DNA of 64,000 nucleotides from Strigamia acuminata (Eukaryota): positions 2,604,001 through 2,668,000 of the forward strand of contig OX442314.1 in assembly GCA_949358305.1 (NCBI GenBank), written 5' to 3'. The translations under genes were made by a program, and so were the position numbers. The notes under the pieces are model-generated. The model saw only the letters and a program-made list of their open reading frames with translations. It ran no database searches and had not been told where the DNA came from. The first letter of the stretch is position 1. Every line of letters starts with the position of its first letter. Positions 56,720-64,000 of this stretch are shown piece after piece.

Positions 56720-57293
56720 ATGAAGTTCGTTCTCTGTATTTCCCTCATATTCTATTTTTGCAATTCAATTTGCGCACAACAATCATGGGTCGATTCCGCA
56801 ACTAGTAATCCCAATACTGGCAGCATTGGAAAGCAAGGGATTAAAGGGCCTGATGAATCCAATGAACCTAAGCCTAACAATCCTCCTAGCAAACCTTGGC
56901 GCCGAAGACCTGGCAGACGAAACAGACCAATCAGACCTCAATATCCAGGTATCGGCAACCAAGTCGGAGATGCTATTCAAGAAAGATTAATATTTAATAA
57001 GAAAAAGGACAAGGGCAAGGAAAAGGAAGAAGAAAAACCCAAAAAGAAGGGAAGTTACAAACGAAAAGGGTGCAGATCGGCTCATATAGATCCTGACGAT
57101 GTACATCATGAACATCATGGAGATCATGAAATGGTATTTTCTTGAGCCTAAAATTAAATTAATTTAGTTGTTCTTTAAACTAGGATACCTTAGTTCAACA
57201 TGTTGTTTTTTGTTGTTGTAGGAGGAGTCTGTCGTGACGTCCTTGCCAAATGAATCTATGCCAAGAGCAAGTCCCATTATTCCTGCAATATGA
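56720..57293 (+). CDS. Secreted basic Pro/Arg- and His-rich protein, 2 exons (56720-57133, 57222-57293)
   Basis: TATAAATA near 56668; signal peptide MKFVLCISLIFYFCNSICA; in-frame GT-AG splice; AATAAA near 57364. Confidence 0.72.
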
Positions 57294-57574
57294 AGGATAG
57301 ATTAGTTTGGTCAACAAATATATGACTTTGAAAAAAATTAATGTATCTTAGTCCCAGTTCCTGAATAAATGTATCACAAGCAAATGTCTCATCAATCTTC
57401 ATTTACCAATATTAAACAGATCTACAAAATTAGTTTCAGTTTCTGTTGTCATTAGGGATGGAAATAAATCATCGATGTAAACCATGTCAGCAATACTATT
57501 TTTCCATATATATGTGGGTGAATTTATTTCTTCTGTATTGAAAACTATTTCCAGTGAACGAGAAATTATTCAAC

Positions 57575-58058
57575 ATGAAAGTCTTCTTGTTATTGGTTGG
57601 TCTGTCACTGATGGTTATTGCGGTGCTTGCCACTCAAGTTGACGAAGCAGAAGTGGTGCAAAATGATGTAAGTTGTGAGTTGTGAGTTGAGTAGAAAACA
57701 ATTTGTGTTATCTGGGGAAAATAAGTAACTTAGCTTAATTTAACTCATTTGAACCTTTCGTGAATGCAGTAACGGACATTTTGTGTATACGGCAATAGTT
57801 TGGTTGTGTTTCCTGTTGCTGTGTGCGCTAATTGTAAACTGTAAACTGATAATTACATTTTTTTTATTGGTTTTGCAGCGTCAGAAGGAAATGCGATTTG
57901 GTAACAAATGGGGTGGACGCCCAGGATTTGGAGGCCCAGGATTTGGAGGAAATGGTTTAGGTGGTTTTGGTTTGGGGTTACTTAACGGAGCTGTACTGTC
58001 GGAACTATTCAGACAATTTTTGAATTCGATAAGGAATAATAATTCAACTGTCGGCTAA
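57575..58058 (+). CDS. Secreted Gly-rich peptide precursor, 90 aa (exons 57575-57667, 57879-58058)
   Basis: caacATG; signal MKVFLLLVGLSLMVIAVLA; GTAAGT donor and TTTTGCAG acceptor in phase 0. Confidence 0.82.
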
Positions 58059-58685
58059 GAAAGGTTTTTGACGGATGTAACGGAAGAATGAAGAGAGTAG
58101 TGTATTGTACCTGCTTTTATTCTTAGTACCGCGTCTTTTGTTATACAAGTAGTTACAGTAATTAGTAATTAAATAACAGTGTCACTGGCCTAAGCATGAT
58201 TATGTACAATGATAATTACACCTCGCTTTTATCCCAATCAACCATTACAAAATTGTAATTATAATTGTTATGAAAGATGTATTTGTTTGAGATCTGCACA
58301 ACATTTGCACTGTATAATAAAACCCAAGTATGAAAACTAAAAATTATATCTACACTTATTAATGGCATAATTTAACTAAATACCTGTATTTAAAATAGTT
58401 TGAATTTGAAGGCAACTGATTTTTTTTTAAATCATTAGCATATTTACTCAGACTTGTGGTATCTTGTATTAGGTACCGGTATTTCAATTTCCATTACTTT
58501 CAAGGATAATAAGTCAATTTAGACATTTGGAATTTCACCTACTGTACGTCGTAGTCTCATATTTGTTGAAATCTTTACACACACTAGCTGCATTCAAAAA
58601 GTCATTTAGACTAAAAAATTTCAACACACTTTTCGAATGCAGCTACTTTATTCTCTTCCCGCCTCGTTTAAACTGTAAATAAGAT

Positions 58686-59085
58686 CACAGACCTAAATAC
58701 AACTGGACTGCGCACTGCAAATGGCGCCAAGCTTGCGAGAGGAAGAGGGATTGTTGGGGTGAAGTGACATCATAAATGCTCTCCAACTTCCTGTCTTGCG
58801 TCTTACTCCACCAAATTCAATACTATTTTTCGTTTTTCTCTGGGTTTATCGTTATTCTCGCAATTTGCATTTTTTTTTCTTAGTTAAATTTAAATAAATA
58901 CATCTGGCTTGTGACATCTCACAATTCAAAACGACGCAGTGTTTGCTAACCATCATTCAGAAATTTTGTTTGTAAGCTGATTTTAGGCAGCCATAACATT
59001 AACAGGAAGTGAAAGCGAATCAAGTGTTGCATACGCTTCTTACCCACAATCCCTCAGTTTGTAGTCTAGTGTATTTAGGTCTGTG
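58686..59085. mobile_element. MITE, possibly hAT-derived
   Basis: TIRs CACAGACCTAAATACA / TGTATTTAGGTCTGTG; imperfect TAAGAT flanks; interior resembles about 20830-20920. Confidence 0.7.
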
Positions 59086-59286
59086 CTAAGATCTATCGGA
59101 AGCTTTATAGACCGGAAGTAACGTCATTAATAAAATGCAAGCACAAATTCACACTTGTTGTAATACTAAAAACCATTTGAGAGTAAAAAAAACTTAATAA
59201 TTCATATAAAAAGACTCGAAGGCTGATACGTGTGATTTGATTTGTATGTTAATTCCCCATCCATCTGCACACCGTGTTCTAGTTTT

Positions 59287-62200
59287 CTACACATCAGTAC
59301 TTTTGGAATAACTAGTTGCAGTGTCGGAAGACAAGCTTGTGCTGTGATTTCTACCATTTCTGCTACTAAGACTTGGTACACTACAGTCTAAATCTGATTC
59401 ATCATTATGCGACGGTTTGTAGGCGTTATTTCGGTAACCGGCTTTGCGCGGTTTTGGTGGTCTCGTCTTAGGTTTGGGCTCCGGCTGCTGAATATCAACG
59501 TCTTCTAAGTACTGCATGCTCTTCCTATTTCCAGGTTCACTTAAATTGTCATGTGTTACCGGTAAAGTGTTGCCGTACTCGTATTTTGGAAGAGTGTACG
59601 GCTTTGTTTGTGGTCCATTAGAATGTGGTTTTCCACTTTCACTTGTAACAGATATAGGAAATATTTTGGTCTCTTGTTGTTTGTCAACAGAATCGGTTGC
59701 TGGAGATGTCATATGAAAGCCTGGATTGTGTAAACCACTGCTGTATCCATTTGTTTTATCTATCTTGGTCAGAGACACGTTGGGGAATTTTTTTCCAATG
59801 TAGTACTCCATAAGGGCAGATATGAATAGAAAGATTTGAAGTATTACAACAACAACCTGAAATAAGAGATGCGAGTAAGTTGATTTGTTAATTTGTGATA
59901 TACGCATTGATACTCAGTACTTGTAATCCAAATGACCAGCCTTTTGGTATTTCGTAATACGGTTTTGTGTGGATGCCAATTAAAACAGCAGCAGTCATGC
60001 CGCTTGCAGCTGAAAAATGTGAACAAAATATGTTATTTATATTTTCAAGTGAGGGTTTGAATTGCTGAGAGATAATCAGTGCTATTTTGATTTGCATGGA
60101 TTTATGTTATCATCATCTCCACTTGTGTGGCTGAGCATCTAATTACTAGTTGAAATTCTATAGAATTTCTCATTAGTGGGGTTTTCAAGTTGTGTAATTA
60201 TCTGTAGTCGGTCTCAAAAGAATTAGCGGTTTAAGAATATTGGGTAATTGAGTTGGGAAATGTTTGAACAACCATGCAATCAAACTGGTGCATTGGGCTA
60301 TTCAATTACTTAAACAAATTTTTGTTTTTTTTGCAAAAAGTTTTGAGAAAATTTTAAATTTAAGTTTATAAATGGTTAAAGAAAGCGAACAAAAGGTTTA
60401 AATTCTTTACAGAAATGTGTATATTGACTTTAATATTATTTTTTTTTATTTTTTTTCAATTGTGATGCCAAGCAAACCGTAAATTGACCTGGATGTATTG
60501 CAGGAAAATGAACACATTTGAAAACAACAAATTTCCTGTTTCATTGCATCAAATTTAAAATAAGGGATATAAATAACGACCAATTATCTAAATTACTACA
60601 TTTGAATAATTTATAGCCTAAAATGTTACTTTTAGGACTGAAAATTTCTAAATTTGATAAGATGCTTTCGGATTTCCACTGAATAAAACATTGAATTCAG
60701 AATGAAAGCGAGATGCAGTTGTGACAAGTTCCTTCAAGTGTCTGCTTAGTGTTCACTTAAGATGCAAATAATAATTAAAATCATACAAGAGTTAATGGAA
60801 AGAGAACTGTCCATTAAATCTGTCAATGTGTCATTTTTTCCCACACACATCAAACTCACCTCCAAATACAATTGAGATCACTTTTGTAAGTGCTAGAGCT
60901 CTGTATGATATATTGACAATTCCTTTGTTTTTGTAGAGATACATTAGTTGAGCAGGAACAGGGAATAAGAAAACGAGGAGTAAAACGATGTCCGCTAAAG
61001 CGAAAGCTCCCGCATAATATCTTAACACTGCAAAAATAAAATTAAAAGAATAAAATTAATAAAATATGAATCAATCCACCATGAATTTAATACAAACGAA
61101 AATGTTATTTCAATTTTTTTTTCCCATTTTCTGATATTTAAAAAAAAAATTGAATAACTTTTTCTTCCTATTTTCAATCATGTAATAAAAATATACTGCT
61201 TGGTTGAATTCCAATGAATAATTTCATATGTCGCAACCAGCATTGACCAAACTTTAATACATTTTTTAAAAATGTGATGACGTTTGTGGACTAGAAAGTG
61301 ATAAGCAAAATTGTCTCCATTCAGGCACATCCACCTGTGCCCTCTCCACACGCTCCATACTGGTTGTAATAACAAATTTGACGCATGATTGAAATCCACA
61401 TGTAATTGTGTATTTTTTATTTACTTCCTGGATCAAATCTTGGCTTCATCGCATCACATTTCGGTCTAGCAAGCGTAATTCCTTCGTAGATTGTAAGACA
61501 CAGGTTCCATAATCCGTAATGTCCCTTCTCCGCAGGGTGACCTGTTGGGATTAAAATTCAACAACAAAATTAAAATTTTATTTATCATTCAAGACTAGTT
61601 TTTTGACCAACATTTATTGAATAAAAAACATAACAACCCCGAAATAGCTTCACTATTACACTAATAAACACAAATGGCGATGTTTACCCGTCATTTACTG
61701 AATTAAGCGAATTGATTGTGACATGCAAACCGAAGGAAAAAATATGACTGCCACGAACTCTGTAATTTTCCTCGACGTTTTATTACTACAGTGACAAATA
61801 GAATTATATAAATTTTCTAAAGATTGGTCAAAAACTCAAATTCAGGTTTCCCTTCTATTTGTTTGTTTGTTAAGTGAAGTGTGACGGAGTGAAAAGCGAA
61901 AACAATGTTGAAGAACACTAAAAATAAATGTCAACATTTCCGACACGCCATTTGTCGAATCCTTGACTTTAATTTTTGTTCTATTTGTCAAGGTAAATAA
62001 ACGAATTTCCTGTCCTGGTTGAAATATTCTATCTGCTAATCAGTGTCAACGAATATTGATTTTATTTATCACAAGTTGGGATCGGCTGGGTGAAGGGTGT
62101 CAACTGAAAAAAGGGTGGAGTTGAGTTTTAAAAAATAAAAAGATAATTATTTTCAACGACTAATACTTAATTTTTATGTGCCAAGGTTAGTCGGCGAGTT

Positions 62201-63125
62201 GTTAATAAAATGTGTAAATAAAACGTGTTTATTGTTTTTCCAGTGCATATTATTCTTAGTTCATTTTTAATACATGTCTCATGTGATATAATATGGCGCC
62301 CTAAGAATGCAGACGAGATATGAATATGGGAAAACCGTTAAATAACTTATCTTTTTAATTTAATTTTTTTTTTTTGGATATCTAGTGCAATTTTTACTAA
62401 AGTTTGCGACGCATTTTTCAAAGAGTTATTTCGCAACTTTCGTAATTCTAAGTGATTAAAATCTGATTCGCAAGTTGCCTATTAAAAGTATAATGAAATT
62501 ATGAAATATTTGTGTATAAAGGGCGGGAAATGATTTTCCCAACATGTGATTTCTTTTTTATACATTTTTTTTATTAATATTTAATTTCCTCAGAAATTTT
62601 TTCTGATTCTAAAAATATTTTTAATCTGATTTAAATTTTATTTTATTTTTTTTAATAAATAATAATTACACAAAAGAAATAATTGTTATCTAAAACAAAG
62701 GTTATAAAAAAATGACCCTGGGAATCTTATTCTGCACTTAACATGCTATCCAGTGCACAAATTGCAAAGAAAACACACGATTATATTTCATTTTTCTCAT
62801 GGATCACCATCTGTTATTGACCCTTCCACCTTTCTAACCCACAATGAACTCATCTAGTATTTTTTTTTCAAAATGATAAAAATCATGAACAGGACTTTGA
62901 ACCTTAAACAAACACTTTTTACACCAGGATTAAAAATAATACTAAAAAAAATTGAAAAATAAAATTTTACTTGCCAACACCAAAAGGATAATTTCCATTT
63001 CCCATCGGATCATCGCTGAAAAATTGCGCCCAGTGTGGTGTTGCCACTGCAGTCACCTGTAGAGCCAAACTGATAACACCCAGCACACCTGAGCACAAAG
63101 GCAAAAGGGCTTTTCTGTTTTCCAT
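59287..63125 (-). CDS. Claudin/PMP22-superfamily four-TM protein, 5 exons
   Basis: AVATPHW, GHYGLWNLC..C, GWSFGLQ, four hydrophobic segments, long tail ending TDV (class I PDZ motif); exons about 62971-63125, 61426-61542, 60857-61028, 59918-60010, 59287-59856. Confidence 0.85.
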
Positions 63126-64000
63126 TGTCCTCACATGTCTCAGGCATTTGACCTTCGAAATTCCATTATTTCTCCGCCCGGCGACGATTTCTGCCCAGTT
63201 CAGGTGCGCTTTCAGTTGCGAACAAGTGTAAACAACATCTGTTGATAGATACGGTGAGCCTGGAGTCGGTGATTACGTAATGTTGAATATTGCGAGTTCG
63301 TGCTGAATCGGTCAAAGTCAAAGGTGTCTGCGCCGAGTTAGGTGCTGCCAAACTACTCGGTGAATAGCATTTGGGGGAAGGAGGGTTGGCAGGTAAAACT
63401 CGCTTGTTCTGTTTGATACGTCAGTTCCTACTAAGCTCCGGAAACTGAGGAATGTGGATAGATGGGCTTGGTTTTTATGATAATGTTGTAAATTTGATAA
63501 GATTAAACCCACAACTTTCTTCTTTTGGGGGATGTTGGGTTTTTATTTTATTTTATTCTATTTTATTTTATTTTTTTTTATTTATTTAATATTTTTTAAT
63601 TAGATGGGTTTTTATTGAGTTGATATGGTATTATACTATTTTGTAGCTTTTAATTTTAATTGCAGCTTTTATTTCGGTGGTAATTAATTTTATTTGTAAC
63701 GATGTTGTTGATGCTCATTAGCCGTAATTGAAAGATGTCACTTATCCCTAATTTTTCTTGTTGGTAAACTAGATGGGATTAGTGCGCCATCTGTTGGATT
63801 AGTTTCTAACTTTAAAAAACATGGTGAGTTCGGTATACATTTTTTTAACTATAATTTTTTTTTGAAATGAAATAAATAAAATGGCAGTTAAACTGATGGG
63901 GAATATTCTCTTGGATTAAAACTGCATTTGTAGAGAACAGAAATTATATATTAAAATTGCTCATTCAGTTTCCAGGGGAGTTGTGTCAATGAACATCAGT

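Overview
AT-rich, intron-containing animal (probably arthropod) genomic DNA dominated by mobile elements. (1) 1-10061: 3' part of a Ty3/Gypsy LTR retrotransposon with gag, a -1 frameshift into an intact pol, a 921-aa non-Env ORF3 and the 3' LTR. (2) About 10060-25570: decayed host-gene fragments (cytoplasmic dynein heavy chain, RPAP1, probable RNF216-like, C2H2, C3orf38-like) among reshuffled repeats. (3) 25574-42798: an apparently complete 17.2-kb Polinton/Maverick (adintovirus-like) with 96-bp TIRs, pPolB, capsid genes, ATPase, PLA2, integrase and two adenain-like proteases. Its pPolB carries a tandemly duplicated vOTU-like domain with Ser at the expected catalytic Cys in both copies, and two genes appear reachable only by -1 slips on A-runs. 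(4) After a 200-N gap: the 3' end of a second LTR element, tandem CYP2-clan P450s (one with a nested piggyBac-MITE/Mag insertion in intron 3), two secreted-peptide genes and a claudin-like gene. All family assignments come from motif recognition by eye; no database searches were run.
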